Below the pieces are notes generated by a model, which saw only the letters and a program-made list of their open reading frames with translations, was not told the origin of the DNA and did no database searches. Made by a program: the position numbers and the translations under genes. From the human T2T-CHM13v2.0 reference genome, Homo sapiens: a DNA stretch of 64,000 nt. Location of the stretch: NCBI RefSeq assembly GCF_009914755.1, contig NC_060947.1; one strand, given 5' to 3'. This document shows positions 46,848 to 61,497 of this stretch, in pieces. Position 1 is the first letter of the stretch. Each line of letters opens with the position of its first letter.

Positions 46848-47137
46848 TTTTTAGTTTTTATTTTGAGATGGGGTCTTGCTCTGTCGCTTAGGCTGGAGTA
46901 CAGTGGCGAGATCACAGCTCACTGCAGCCTCAACCTCTCCAGCTCAGATGATCCTCCCCACTCGGCCTCCTCAGTAGTAGGTGGGTGCCACCATGCCCAG
47001 CTAATTTTTGTATTTTTAGTAGAGATGGGGTTTTGCCATGTTGCCCAGGCTGGTCTCGAACTCCTGGGCTCAAGCAATCCACTTGCCTTGGCCTCCCAAA
47101 GTGTTGGGATTACAGGTGTGAGCCACTGCTCCCAGCC
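46848..47137 (-). mobile_element. AluJ-like element
   Basis: Diverged reverse Alu dimer. Confidence 0.88.
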
Positions 47138-47984
47138 CTGTGACAGTTTTGACTCTAGTAATATCAATCTGCTTAAGGTGGCCTAAACCATAAAAATGTA
47201 CTGGCCCATGTAACTGGAAGTTCAGAGAAGGTTTCAGGTTGGATTGATTTAGTGCCCTGACAACGTTATTGAGGACCCAGTTTCTTCCCATTTCTGCTCT
47301 GCTTTCTGCAAAGTCAGCTTCACTCTGGCCACAAAATGGTTGTCTACTGCACTCCAGGTACTACATGCTTCCTTGATTGCACCCAGAGATGGGAATGAGG
47401 TAGGAAGAGAGAAGAAGAAAAGTGAGAGGTTGAGAGAGATGCTTCTAGAAGCTTCCTGAGAATAGCAGCAAGTTTCTTTCACAGAAGCTCCCAGGAAATG
47501 TCTCCTCCTATATCATTGGCCTAAATTGGGTCAAGTATCTATCCTTGAACCAGGAGCCATGGCTAGCAATCAGAATTAAGCTCATTAGTTTGTAGATTGA
47601 CCCATATATATCATGACTACAGCTGAGGTGGGCTATTTTCTTCCCAAGGCACAAATGAACTGCCTGGGGGAGTGAACAAAAGTGGGAGTAGTTACCAATA
47701 GAAGAAGGAATGGATTTTATAGAGGTAACCAAAATATCTCCTATATTTTCCAACTTCTGTTTTCAGTCGTAGAAACCAAAGCACCCCATTGCACATAAGC
47801 AGCTAATGATATCGTCAAGGCATAGCAGCCCAAAACCCGGAGCCAAAGACTCCACTGTCTTTTAGGCTGGGGAAGATAAGCGACTCCTTTCTTCTGCACC
47901 TCCAAGAGCAGCAAAATCAAAACATAGATTTAATTTCTCAATAAATTATCCTGTCACATCATCCCTGTACTTAAAATCTTTTCT

Positions 47985-48372
<388 letters not shown>

Positions 48373-48669
48373 TTAGAAACAAAAGGACCAGGATAAACAG
48401 GGCTTCAAGAGGATTTGTGCCATCTAAAAGAGTTTGCTGAAAAAAGCCTACCCCATAAGTACATACAGCTATTATACATCCATAAGAATTAAAAAATTCA
48501 AAAATCTAGAATCTAGACACGGGAGAAAAGAGCTACTCCTTCAAGTCATACACATATTTGATTAAAGATGTACATTTAGTAAAGCTTTATTAAGTAACCC
48601 TTGATCCACCAGTTCACTTATTTTCACCATCTCACTTCCCACTCTTAAAATCGAAAGGTGCCTGGCAAA

Positions 48670-49262
48670 TCTTGGAATCAACCAAGACATCCTTCAGTAG
48701 GTGAATTAATAATAAACTGTGATAAAACCAACATGGTGAAATATTATTTAGCCCTAAAAAGAAATGAACTATCAAGCCATGAAAAGACACTGAGAAACTT
48801 TAAATGCATATGGTGATGTGAAAGAAGCCAGTCTGAAAAAGCCACATCCTGCAGGATTCCAACTATATGACATTCTGGAAAAGGCAAAATTAGAGACAGT
48901 GAAAAGATCAGTGGTTTCCAGGGGTCAGAAGAAAGGGAGGGTTGAATAGGCAGAACAGAGAGGAGTTTTAGGACAGCGAAACTATTCTGTTTGATACTAT
49001 AGTGGTGGATACTTGTCATTATACATTTGTCCAAACCCACAAAATGTACAACAGTAAGAGTGAATCCTAATGTAAACTATGGACTTTGGATGATAATGAT
49101 GTGTTAATATGGGTCCCTTGATTGTAATAAATGTACCAGTCTGGTAGGGGATGTTGATGGTGGAAGAGGATGTGTGTCTCAGGGGGATATGTGGGAATTC
49201 CCTGTGTTTTCCATTGAATTTTGCTGCGAACCTAAAAATTCTTTAAAAATAAAGTCTATTTT
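48670..49262 (+). mobile_element. L1MC/MD-like 3' fragment
   Basis: CCAACTATATGACATTCTGGAAAAGGCAAAA...CCTAATGTAAACTATGGACTTTGG. Confidence 0.82.
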
Positions 49263-50159
49263 GTTTTAAAAAGGCAGGCTGGTATTATGAAAGAACATCG
49301 AATTGAGAGCCAGGAGACCTGGATTCAAACCCAGACTGCCATTTACAAGTTGTATAAACTTAAATTATTTTAACCTTTCTGTGTCTTAGCTCACTCACCT
49401 GTAAAATGAGGATAATATTCATCCATCATACTCACTGTGAAGAGACAACATAAGTGCTTTCACATAGCACACAATAGGTGCTCAAAAAAACATTAACTGA
49501 GAAGAGAGAAGGAGGAAGAAAATACAAGGAGAGCAGGATATTATACCCCTGTCAAATGGTGACAGAGGTATTTTGTAACAAGATCCACTAGTTAGGGAGA
49601 TAGATCTTTTTTTCTCATCTATTCCACTCTACTTTGGATTTTGGCTGCATCATATTATGATTTAATAAAGTGTCCATTATTATTTAAATTACTCAGAAAA
49701 CTACCTTTGCCTAGTTCTAGTGTTCTATAGCAGCTTTTAGAAGGAGTGCGATTTGGGATAGGTTTGGTTGTTATTTTTGTTGATTTTTATGTATTTAATA
49801 CATGTTTGTTGTGAACATGAACAGTGACTGTTAGTTATGCTGGGCACTGGGGATGCAGCAGTGAGTACACCAGACTTGGTCCCAGCCCTGCCAAGGCTTA
49901 AGTCTAGTGTAGAAGACAGGCATTGATCAAACTATAACAAAGCGTTTGGAGAGTTACAGTGGGAAGTAGAGCGAATCGAGAAAACATATGGCAAGGAGAA
50001 GGAATTGACTTTATGGTCAGGGAAGGCCTCCCTTTATGTTTAAGTGATGATTACACTGAGATCTGAGGCATTAGCTGGAAGGAATAGAGAGTTAGGTTAG
50101 AGTAGGTTAGGGGAGGACAGTGATTTTCACACTGAGGTGCATCAGAATTACCCTCAGGT

Positions 50160-50472
<313 letters not shown>

Positions 50473-50980
50473 TTACCTGGAGGGCTTGCATATTAGTTAA
50501 CTATTGCTGTGTAACGAATTATCCAGAAACTTAGCAGCTGGAAACCACAAACACTTATTACAACAAACTGAGGATTTCTCGGGGTGAGGAGTCCGGGAGC
50601 TGCTTAGTTGAGTGGTTCTGACTCAGGGTCTCTCTCAAGGTTACAATGAGGTGTCTCTCAAGGTTACAATGAGGTGTCAATCAAGGTGTTGGCTAGAGCT
50701 TTGTCATCTCAAGGCTCCACAAGGGGAGTATCATAGGAGAGAGAGAGAGACAGAGACTGAGAGAGAGAGAGGTGAGGGGAGGGAGAGAGGTAGGGAGGCA
50801 GGGAGCATTAGTATAGTACATTTGCTATAATTCAGGAACCAATATTGATACATTATTATTAAACAAATTTGGGCCAAAGTCTATACTTTATTCAGAATTT
50901 CTTAGTTTTACCTAATATCCCTTTGTCCATTTGTTTTAGAATATTTTATTCCTTTTAGCTAGAATGATTGCCTATATTGA

Positions 50981-51301
<321 letters not shown>

Positions 51302-52096
51302 TAAATTTCTAGTTATATTTTTAAATGAGAAATAATAATTGTACATATTCATGAGGTTATACAGTGATCAGATCAGGGTAATTAGCATATTCATCATCTC
51401 AAACATTTACCATTTCCTTGTGTTGGGAACTTCAATATTCTCCTTCTAACTATTTGAAACTATATAATACATTGTTTTTAACTATAGTCACCCTACAGTG
51501 CTATAGAACACTAGAACTTATTCCTCTTGTATAGCTATAATTTTGTATCCTTTAACAAATCTCTCCCTATCCTAATATCCTTTAAAAATTTTTTAATTGA
51601 CACATAATAATTGTACTTATTTATGGGGTATATAGTGACATTTTGATACATACAATGTAGAGTGGTCAAATCAGGATGATTAGCATATCCATCACCTCAA
51701 ACATTTATCATTACTAATATCCTTTTTTTCTGTTCCAGAATCCCAACCAGGATAGTACATTATATTTAGTTGTAATATCTCCTTAGGCTCTTCTTGGCTA
51801 AGTGACAGTTTCTCAGGCTTTCCTTGTTTTGAATGCCCTTGATAGTTTTGAGGAGTACTGGTCAGGCATTTTGTAGGACCCCAGTCTCTGAAGTGAGATC
51901 TCATCACTTCTGGCCACACTCTTCTTTGTTAGAAGCATGAGCTAAGTCTAACCCACATTCAAGTGGAAAGGAATTAAGCTCCATCTCTTGAGGAATATCA
52001 AAGAATTTGTGGCCATATCTTTAAGACCTTTATTGCTTGCTAAAACGCAGATCTGCTTCAGTAGGGCTGCAGTGGGGCCCAAGAGTTTGCATTTCT

Positions 52097-53000
<904 letters not shown>

Positions 53001-53905
53001 CAGGAGTTTGCATTTCTAACAAGTTCTCAGGTGATGCTGCTGCCGCAGGTCCAGGGATTTCACTTTTGAAAGCCACTGGGAGTGGGGTCTGCACTAGACC
53101 TTGGTGTGTACAAGGAGTTGAAAAAAGTTCATCAAGATCTATTTATCAACACACTGGTGTCACTTCTGGCCTCTGCAAGTTATCATGAAAGTATTAGGTA
53201 AAAATATATGCATTGCTGTACACAGGAGGTACAGTACCTTGTATTTATATTACATGTGGTTTATTTCATTTGACTGTCACAAATGCCAGGGAGATAAATC
53301 AGGTATCTTAATCTGACATAAAAATAAGCGTGACGCAGACAGGCTAGGTGACCTTAGCCTTGTCTAAGCACATTTTACATTATATAGGGCTCTTTCATAT
53401 TGTTCCCAACTTCTAGGACTTTGTCACCTTTTGGAAAAGCAGAAATAAAATTAGGCACATGAAAGTTTAAATAATCAAATCAACAGAATGGATTTTAAGT
53501 AGCATTTTGTGCAGTGGAAAAGGAAGAAGTGAAACAAGCGATTTGCAAGCTCAGAAAGATCAGCGCTTTGTTGCTTAGGCTGAGAAAATCTCCCTCTCCA
53601 CAAACATCCAGCTTCTTCCTGCTCACTGACAACTGCCACCAATTATCGCTCCACTTCCAGGTAGCACCTGAAAGTCACTTTAGGAACCACAGGCCACTGG
53701 TCTTCTCTTTGTCTGCCCATGCACACCAACTGGATTACTTAGCTCTTCTGGTAAAGCTCCTGGTTAAATAAGTTGTTAGTATGTCTTTTTTAATGCTTTG
53801 ATTTAATTTGAATGGAAAAGACATGGTAGTCTACATACTTCTACCAAGATGAAGATGACCAAGATGTTCTTGAAAATCCAAAAGTCTAGAAGACCACTGG
53901 ATGTC

Positions 53906-54195
53906 TTTTTTTTTGAGATGGAGTCTTGCTCTGTCGCCCAGGCTGGAGTGCAGTGGCACGATCTCGGCTCACTGCAAGCTCCGCCTCCCAGGTTCATGCC
54001 ATTCTCCTGCCCCAGCCTCCTGAGTAGCTGGGGCTACAGGGGCCCGCCACCACGCCCGGCTAATTTTTCGTACTTTTAGTAGAGCTGGGGTTTCACCACG
54101 TTAGCCAGGATGGTCTCGGTTTCCTGACCTCGTGATCCGCCCGCCTCGGCCTCCCAAAGTGCTGGGATTACAGGCGTGAGCCACCGCACCTGGCC
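53906..54195 (-). mobile_element. AluY
   Basis: Reverse Alu with Y-type diagnostics (GCAAGCTCCGCC, GTTAGCCAGGATGG). Confidence 0.93.
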
Positions 54196-54562
54196 GAGGT
54201 CTTTTACTGTGTATGTTACTTTTCTTTACATTCAGAGTAGAGATGCAACTATTTTATTAAGCAAAGAATTGGCTGCATAAACGTCCACTGAAGGCACAAA
54301 AGCTAAATAGCTACCCACCAATAATCTCATTCAGTGAGAAAACTAGTCCAATCAGAGACCCAAGGAGTGGCTTCCAGTCACATTTGTACCTTTCCTTAAA
54401 GAACATTCTTCCTGTCCTTTTAGTTACATATGTTTATGTTTACATATTGCCAAAAAAAAAAAAAAGCCAAGGTTTGGTGGAAATGGCTAAAGTAAGCTGT
54501 ACTTTATTCACTCATAATAGGAAATAACAATTTCATATACTGAGCCCTGAGTTCAAGTTCAC

Positions 54563-54692
54563 TTTTTTTTTTTTTTGAGAGGGGGGTCTGGGTATGTTGC
54601 CTAGGCAGATCTTGAACTTTTGGGCTCACGTGATCCTCCCACCTCCGCCTGCAGGGTCGTTGGGACTATAGGTGCATGTCACCATGCCAGGC
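54563..54692 (-). mobile_element. Alu monomer (FLAM-like)
   Basis: Single arm; TSD TCAAGTTCACTT. Confidence 0.82.
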
Positions 54693-55514
54693 TCTCAAGT
54701 TCACTTGAGATAAAGAATACCCAACACTGTGTAAGCATAGACTCCTGTCCAAAAGTGGTGGTGAAGCGTGAAGGGGGCTGTCCTATGGTGGTGGTGTAGA
54801 GAAGGGGTATGAAAGAAAGTGCCAGTGACCTTACATTTGATCCTTTCCAATGGTAGTAGTGGGGTGGGGGGGTATGAAACAGAGTCAGTGACCTTGCAAT
54901 TATCCTGTCCACTGGCATTGGGGAGGTAGGGGGTGTTATTGACCCTTGACCTCACAATGGATCCCGTCCAACGGTGGTGGTGGGGGGACATGAAATGCAA
55001 TCAGTCACTTAATCTTGTGCGGGAAGGAGGGGAAAGGAACCACGAAAAAGAGAATCAGCGACCTAACAATCCAGTCCAAAGGTGTTCCAAAGGTGTTCTC
55101 TTGGGAGTCAGGCAGGGAGGTGGGGGTGGGGTTGGGCCACGAAACAGAGTCAGTCTAGTTAGGCTGTAAAATCTAAGTGTCAGGATGCAGCGAACGGCAA
55201 GTCCTCCTCCCGGAAAAGGCGCCTGCGGTTGAGCAGGGTCTTGAGCAGCGCGGAGGATCGGATTCCGGGCTCCTGGCCTCTTCCCGGTCCGCGGGCACCT
55301 CGGCTACCTTTCGGCAGCGGAGAACCCAGCCAGAGGCGGAGCTGAAAGCGGCTGCACTTGCTGGGCTGGGCTGAGTCCCATGAGCCAGGGAGGGGGGTCT
55401 CTGGCGCCGCGCCCGGACAAAACACAAACGTCACAGAGGCAGCGGCGGCCAATCAGTGGAGGGCGCGCGCGGCCGCGTGCCCCTCGCGCTCCTCGCCTCC
55501 CCTCGCGCGCCGCG

Positions 55515-55521
55515 TACGTGC
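55515..55521 (+). promoter_or_regulatory. Candidate hypoxia-response element TACGTGC
   Basis: Matches HIF core RCGTG; further cores at 55475-55479 and 55662-55666; PDK3 is a reported HIF-1 target. Confidence 0.55.
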
Positions 55522-55587
55522 AGCAACCGACTCCGCCCAGCGAGGCGGAGCCTAGGGAAGCCGCGGGCGGCCCGCCGCGGTCCTGGA

Positions 55588-55614
55588 GCTGCTGCTGCTG
55601 CTGCGGCGGCTGCA
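55588..55614 (+). repeat. (GCT)5(GCG)2GCTGCA trinucleotide tract upstream of the PDK3 ATG
   Basis: Read directly, 133 nt before the start codon. Confidence 0.85.
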
Positions 55615-55746
55615 CCGGCGGCGCCGAGGCCGAGATCGAGGCCGGGGTGCGCGCTTCGCAAACGTGCCCTATCCGTGCGGCTTGGCTGCGCCAGCCCTTG
55701 CGGCCACCCGGGCGTCTAGGCGGGTCTGTGCGCCGCCCGGGCGAGG

Positions 55747-55852
55747 ATGCGGCTGTTCCGGTGGCTGCTGAAGCAGCCGGTGCCCAAGCAGATCGAGCGC
55801 TACTCGCGCTTTTCGCCGTCGCCGCTCTCCATCAAACAATTCCTGGACTTCG
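55747..55852 (+). CDS. PDK3: Pyruvate dehydrogenase kinase isozyme 3, coding part of exon 1 (35 codons + 1 nt); intron 1 runs to window end
   Basis: MRLFRWLLKQPVPKQIERYSRFSPSPLSIKQFLDF(G), with the PDK-family FSPSPLS.KQFLDFG motif; purine at -3 of ATG; donor CG|GTGAGT at 55853. Confidence 0.96.
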
Positions 55853-57419
55853 GTGAGTACGGGGCCAAGGGTCCCCATGGGCCCGGGGCCGCCGCCATTC
55901 GGGCTGCCACCCCGGATCTCCGCAGCTTCGGGGTAAAGTCTGTGGGAACCGCAGGCGGGGCTAGGGAATATCCGGGGGGCTCTCCTGGGGCTCGGATTTC
56001 GGGGCGCGGAGGGGCAGGGCCTGGCCCCCTCGCACCCAGCCTGGGACTTACCCGGAGACACAGAAACGGCGTCTCATTGCAGGACCCTCATCGCAGGCGA
56101 GACTCCCCAAACCTGCCGTCGTTAGCTTCAAATCTGCTTGACACAAACCTCACAGCCCTTAAAACTTCAGAACGAGATGTGGGTGGCTTTTTAATGTTTT
56201 TATTTTTAGAATTTTTTTTTTTTGGTTGGGTAAGAACTGTTTAGAAATACCTTGAGGTTGAATAAATTATGCAATGGCATTTTGTTCCTTTTCTGCTCTA
56301 AGGTGTTGCTGTGTGGCTGGAGTGGCAGGACTCGAACTGTTGTCTTCATCAGGTTATGTTAAATCAGTTAGAGGCCTGGCCTGCAGACGCCTTAGATGCT
56401 TGGGAAGAGCGGACGTCTGGGATCCTAGCATCAGAGCAGGGTCTAATACAACTCTGGCTTTAGTGCCAGCACCTTTCGTTTCTCTTCTCCATTGGTGTCC
56501 CACCCACATTCTCCCTGTCCGGTGGGCTGGTGGGCGGCTTTCACGGATTGAGGTGGGACCAAAGAAGATTCGGGTTCCCAGCCTGCCTCAGGCCTAGCTG
56601 AGATGGGAATAGATTCCACCACCTTCTGTTAACTGAATCATGTTTCCCCAGAAAACGAAGGAGCTGGTTGTGAAACACCTAAAAGTAAAACGCATGCATT
56701 GAGGTATCAGAATGGAACTCAGCATCCCTGGAGGAAAATCAAATCCAGCAGCAAAGATGTTCTAAGCTCTCCAGGGGAAATCGTAGGGTGTCTGTTCATT
56801 TAATGAATTTTATGTAAATGTCAAGGGTGTCAGTGATAGTGTCAGTTGGGCATAAAAACTAAAGTGCAGAGTAGGTAGAACATTTGAGGAAGACCTGATA
56901 TGCAAAAAGTGATGTCCATACTTTTTTTTTTTTAAAAGCTAGGATAGGAAGAGAGGAATAGGTTAAAGTTGAGACCAAATTAAAATTTTAGAAGCCAATT
57001 TGCCAGAGAATGATGATGAAAGTCAAAGTTCAATGACACGTTGATTTCTGCATCTTCAAACTTCACTCCCAAAAGCTATTGGTAGTTTTACTTACTATCT
57101 CGAGAATTGTAGAGGTTTGAGGCAGTTTCTGACTTTAGAGTTTAGAAAATGTTGCTATTGCTATAAATATAGGCAAGTTTTCCATCTTTATGGTTTAGGG
57201 AAGATTCTGAAGGTATCAGCCTTTCATTAGTGTAAACTGAAACAGGATAATTCACAATAAAAGGAACAAAAGGAATCCAGAAACTCCCAGTTCTTTCCAC
57301 CCTCAAAGTTTAAGTGATAGCTCCAATAGCCAGCCAAAATTTTGGTTAGTTGATTTCCATAGCAGCTAGTGTCTACCCGTGTTAATAGGTATTTTGGTAA
57401 GGATGTTATGTGAGTAGGA

Positions 57420-57600
57420 AAACCACAGTGGAGGATAGTGTTATCATGGAAAACCTGTGAGGCCAGTATCTGGAAACAAATGTTCTAATTCTGGCTCTGC
57501 CACTAGCTCAGAATGTGGCCTTGACTAAGTGACCAAACCTCACTTGGGGTTCATTTTCCTCATTAATAAAATGAGTAGATTGTATCAGGCGATCTTTAAA
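57420..57600 (+). mobile_element. MIR
   Basis: TCTAATTCTGGCTCTGCCACTAGCT...TTTTCCTCATTAATAAAATGAG. Confidence 0.7.
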
Positions 57601-58542
57601 AGCACAGCTCACCACTATACGATTGTGATTTCAAAGGAAGAGGCATGAACTTTCTAAAAGAAAACTACCAAATCTTTTGATAGATATTTCCTATAAAAGT
57701 CTTCTGACCTATTTTGGGAGGGGTGGAGGGATTCACTAAGGTCATGAGAGAAGCATAATAATTTAAGGTTTTCCTTATAAGGAAGCGCACAGAAGTGCTA
57801 GATATAGTTGTAGTGGAATTTGCTAGAAGTGACAAGGCTAGTTTGTAACACCCAGAGATGAATCAGGTGCTAATCAGCCTATCTTTAATGACAGGACAAC
57901 TAAAAGACGGGAGTTGTTGCAAAAAGGCCATCTCTACTTCTACTTTTCTCTTAGTTCTGTCTCTTGATAGCAGTTCTATTTTGGCAATTGATGTGGGAGT
58001 TGGAGAATTCAGAATGGGTGTGGGATATTTTTAAGGTGAGGAGAGAGGAGGAGTGAAGAGGCTTCATGCCCCTGTATGATTAGAGAAAACTGCAGGAGAG
58101 GGCCAACTCAGGCACTTAAAGCACCAGGTAGTGGGCAGTGGATAAGTGAATGAAGCCAACGAGTTGAGGACCGTGATAAATTCCTGGTATATAGCTAGCT
58201 CCAAAGGGGCAGCTGATTGGCACCAATTCAGTATATTTCAAGAGAACTTTGGCATAAACAAAATAGATGGATGGATCAAGTTGGCCCACAGGCTGCTAGT
58301 TTATGAACTTGATGCCTTTCTCCATGGGTACTTTACAAATGGGACGTACATTTTGACTAGAGTAACTAGACAGGGACCAGAGAAAGGAGATACACAGGAT
58401 ATACACAATTTGTTACAACCTTGGTAAATAGGCTTTCTTATGTGGATGTACTGCACATCAGTAAATAAGGAGATTATTTGCTATGTTCAAAAGTGGAGGC
58501 TAAAACTTGTTGTTACTTCAGAAGCTGTGCTTTTATTTTAAA

Positions 58543-58765
58543 GCAGGGGTTCCTGAGCCTCAGCACTCTTGCCATTTCAGGCCAGGTAATTTTGGTAGGA
58601 GCTGTCTTGTGCACTGTGGGAAGTTGAGCTACATCCCTGGCCTCTACCCACTAGATGCCATGAGCACCTCCCACTCCAAGTCGTGACAACCAAACATGTC
58701 TCCAGTCATTGCCAAATGTCCCCTGGGGGAGCAAAATGTCCCCTGGACTTCTGTTGAATCACTGT
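58543..58765 (+). mobile_element. MER20 hAT fossil
   Basis: CATCCCTGGCCTCTACCCACTAGATGCCA...CATTGCCAAATGTCCCCTGGGGG. Confidence 0.87.
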
Positions 58766-59797
58766 TTGGAAGTGTTTACTTGAGTGGTTTTCAGGCCAGG
58801 GCCTCATACTCTGAATTTTTGTTGTAAATGGTCTGGGGGTGCTGGGGGTGGAGAGCAGAGCACTGGTATTTTTAGGAGATCCCCCTGTCATTCTAAAGCA
58901 TATCCAGGGTTAAGCACCATTAATCAGATGATCTTCTGTCTGATCTGCTGGCCCCCTTTCATCTATGTGCAGTATTTTTCTCTATGCTTTTTAAAATAAT
59001 GAAAGTTTCTTGAACTCCATCTTGACTTGAAATATAGCCTGCCACACAGTTAGCAAATATAGCAAGAATAACAAGTGTTCTAAATGGATTTTTAATTTAT
59101 TATGGCAATAGTACATTCCAAAGGGTGGCATTTTTTAAAATGAGATTTTTCTTTTGGGCCTAAGATTACAGTCACATGGTTCCAAATTCAGAGGGTTCAA
59201 AAGGACACAGAAAAGCCTGCTTCCCACTTGTGCCCACTGGCCTCCCCTTTTTTCGCATAAATGGCAGTTTATAGCTTTGTCTGTTCCTTGTTTTTTGAGC
59301 TTAATACCTTAGAGACAGATTTTTGTATATCTGTACCTGCAGAACTTTGTTTTTCTTTTTTATGGCTTCTGAGAATTTGGTTATATGAATGTACCAGAAT
59401 TTATTAGCAACTTTCCCTATTGATGGCTACAATTAATAGGTTGTTTCTAGACTTTGCTGTGGCAACCTGCCCTCCAGTGAATTATTATATGCATTGTCAT
59501 TTCATGCATGTCCGCGTGTATCTGTAGGACAGATTCCTAAACGTGAGATTGCTACATCAGCAGGTATGTGCATTTGTAATTTTGGCGAACATTGTCAAAT
59601 TGCTTTCCATAAAGGTTGTTTGTTTTCCCCCTCGCTAGAAGTTTCTGAGAGTACCTGTTTTCCTATGCCTTCACCACATTGTTGTCAAACTTTTGATAGG
59701 TAAAAAAAAAATGATATATCTAGATAGAATTTTTTTCTCCTTGAGTAAAGATGTCTTTATTTTAGTTTTTTATTGTGGAAATTAAAAAAAAAAACTT

Positions 59798-60060
59798 AGG
59801 TGGGTGCCTGTAATTCCAGTGCTTTGAGAGGCCAAGACAGAGGATGGCTTGAGACCAGGAGTTTGAGGCCAGCCCTGGGCAACATAGTGAGATCCTGTCT
59901 CTAAAAAAAATAATAATAATAAATAAATAAGATTAGCCAGGAGTGGTGGTATCGCACACCTGGGGTCTTAGCTACTCAGGAGGCTGAGACAGGAGGATGG
60001 CTTGAGCCCAGATTGAAGCTGCAGTGAGCTGTGTTTCTGCCACTGCACTCCAGCCTGGGG
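59798..60060 (+). mobile_element. AluJ-like element, ends eroded
   Basis: Diverged dimer. Confidence 0.85.
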
Positions 60061-60695
60061 GATGTACATGTATAGGTAAATACATATATAAATTTTATTG
60101 TGTATAATTAAGGTATACAACATGATGTTATGGGATACATATAGTTAAAAGGTTACTACAGTGAAATTAACATATCTATCATCTCACATAGTTACCCTTT
60201 TTTATTTTTGTGGCAAGGTCAGCTAAAATCTACTCATTTAGCATGAATCCCATATACAGTACAATTTTATTATCTATTATATATTCTTCATGTTGTGCAT
60301 TAGATCTCTAGACCTTAAACATTTACAGAAGTAGAGAGAATAGAATGATGAACTCCTGGGTTTGTTTTATTGATATCCATTTGCTATTTGTCTGTAGATG
60401 TTGTATGTGTGGTCTGTTAGATTTTCTGATCAAAGTCATGCTTGTTTCAAAAAGATAAATTTTTGTTTTCAAAAAGATAAATTTTTTTCTTTTCCTATGC
60501 TAAGACTAATTTATCTTTTGAATTATCTGGTTCTTAAAGATTTGGTAGAACTTCATATGAAAGTGTTTAAGCCTGTATGTTTTGGGGAGTTTTGCTCTCT
60601 GATAGCTTTCTCTATTCTGTGTTATTGATCTCTGTAGATTTTCTGTCTCTTCTAGAGTCCATTTTGATATATTTTTCTTGAAAATTATCCTACTT

Positions 60696-61022
<327 letters not shown>

Positions 61023-61259
61023 CTACTCATTGAGGTTTTTAAGTCAGTTTGGATAGCTGAGATAGTTGTCACTGAACAGTCTTAATTTTTCCTGTGACAT
61101 TTGTCCCCCCCCTTCTTCTTGAGTAGGTTAGCTGATGATTTATTGGGTTGGATTTATTAGTTTTATGACTTTTGTTATCTAGTTTATTGTCTGATTTGAC
61201 TTTAATAATTCCTTCTGGTCTCAGGTTTATTTTGTTCTTTTAAAAATTAGGTGCTTTCT

Positions 61260-61497
61260 GTTCTCACTCATAAGTGGGAGTTGAACAATGAGAACACATG
61301 GACACGGCAAGGGGAACATCACACACCAGGGCCTGTCGGGAGGTGGGGAGGCTAGGGGAGAGATAGCATTAGGAGAAATACCTAATGTAGATGACAAGTT
61401 GATGGGTGCAGCAAACCACCATGGCACGTGTATACCTATGTAACAAACCTGCACGTTCTGCACATGTACCCCAGAACTTAAAGTATAATAAAAAAAA
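61260..61497 (+). mobile_element. Short 5'-truncated L1PA 3' end
   Basis: GTTCTCACTCATAAGTGGGAG...GAACTTAAAGTATAATAAAAAA; TSD AAAAATTAGGTGCTTTCT/AAAAATTAAATGCTTTCT. Confidence 0.92.

Larger units (their letters stand above)
55185..56120. promoter_or_regulatory. PDK3: CpG island / PDK3 promoter
   Basis: Abrupt rise in GC and CpG density spanning exon 1; CCAAT box 55449-55453, half-CRE ACGTCA 55428-55433, no obvious TATA. Confidence 0.92.

Noticed and set aside
55173-56061. Many overlapping ORFs on both strands, including 55380-55856 with poly-Cys and poly-Ala/Gln frames
   Set aside because: Expected from stop-codon scarcity in a CpG island; homopolymers come from the GCT tract; ATG 55380 is out of frame with PDK3 and upstream of the CCAAT box, so probably not in the mRNA
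55853-56244. 165-aa ORF continuing from the PDK3 ATG
   Set aside because: PDK similarity ends exactly at a consensus GTGAGT donor; the rest is GC-rich intron read-through
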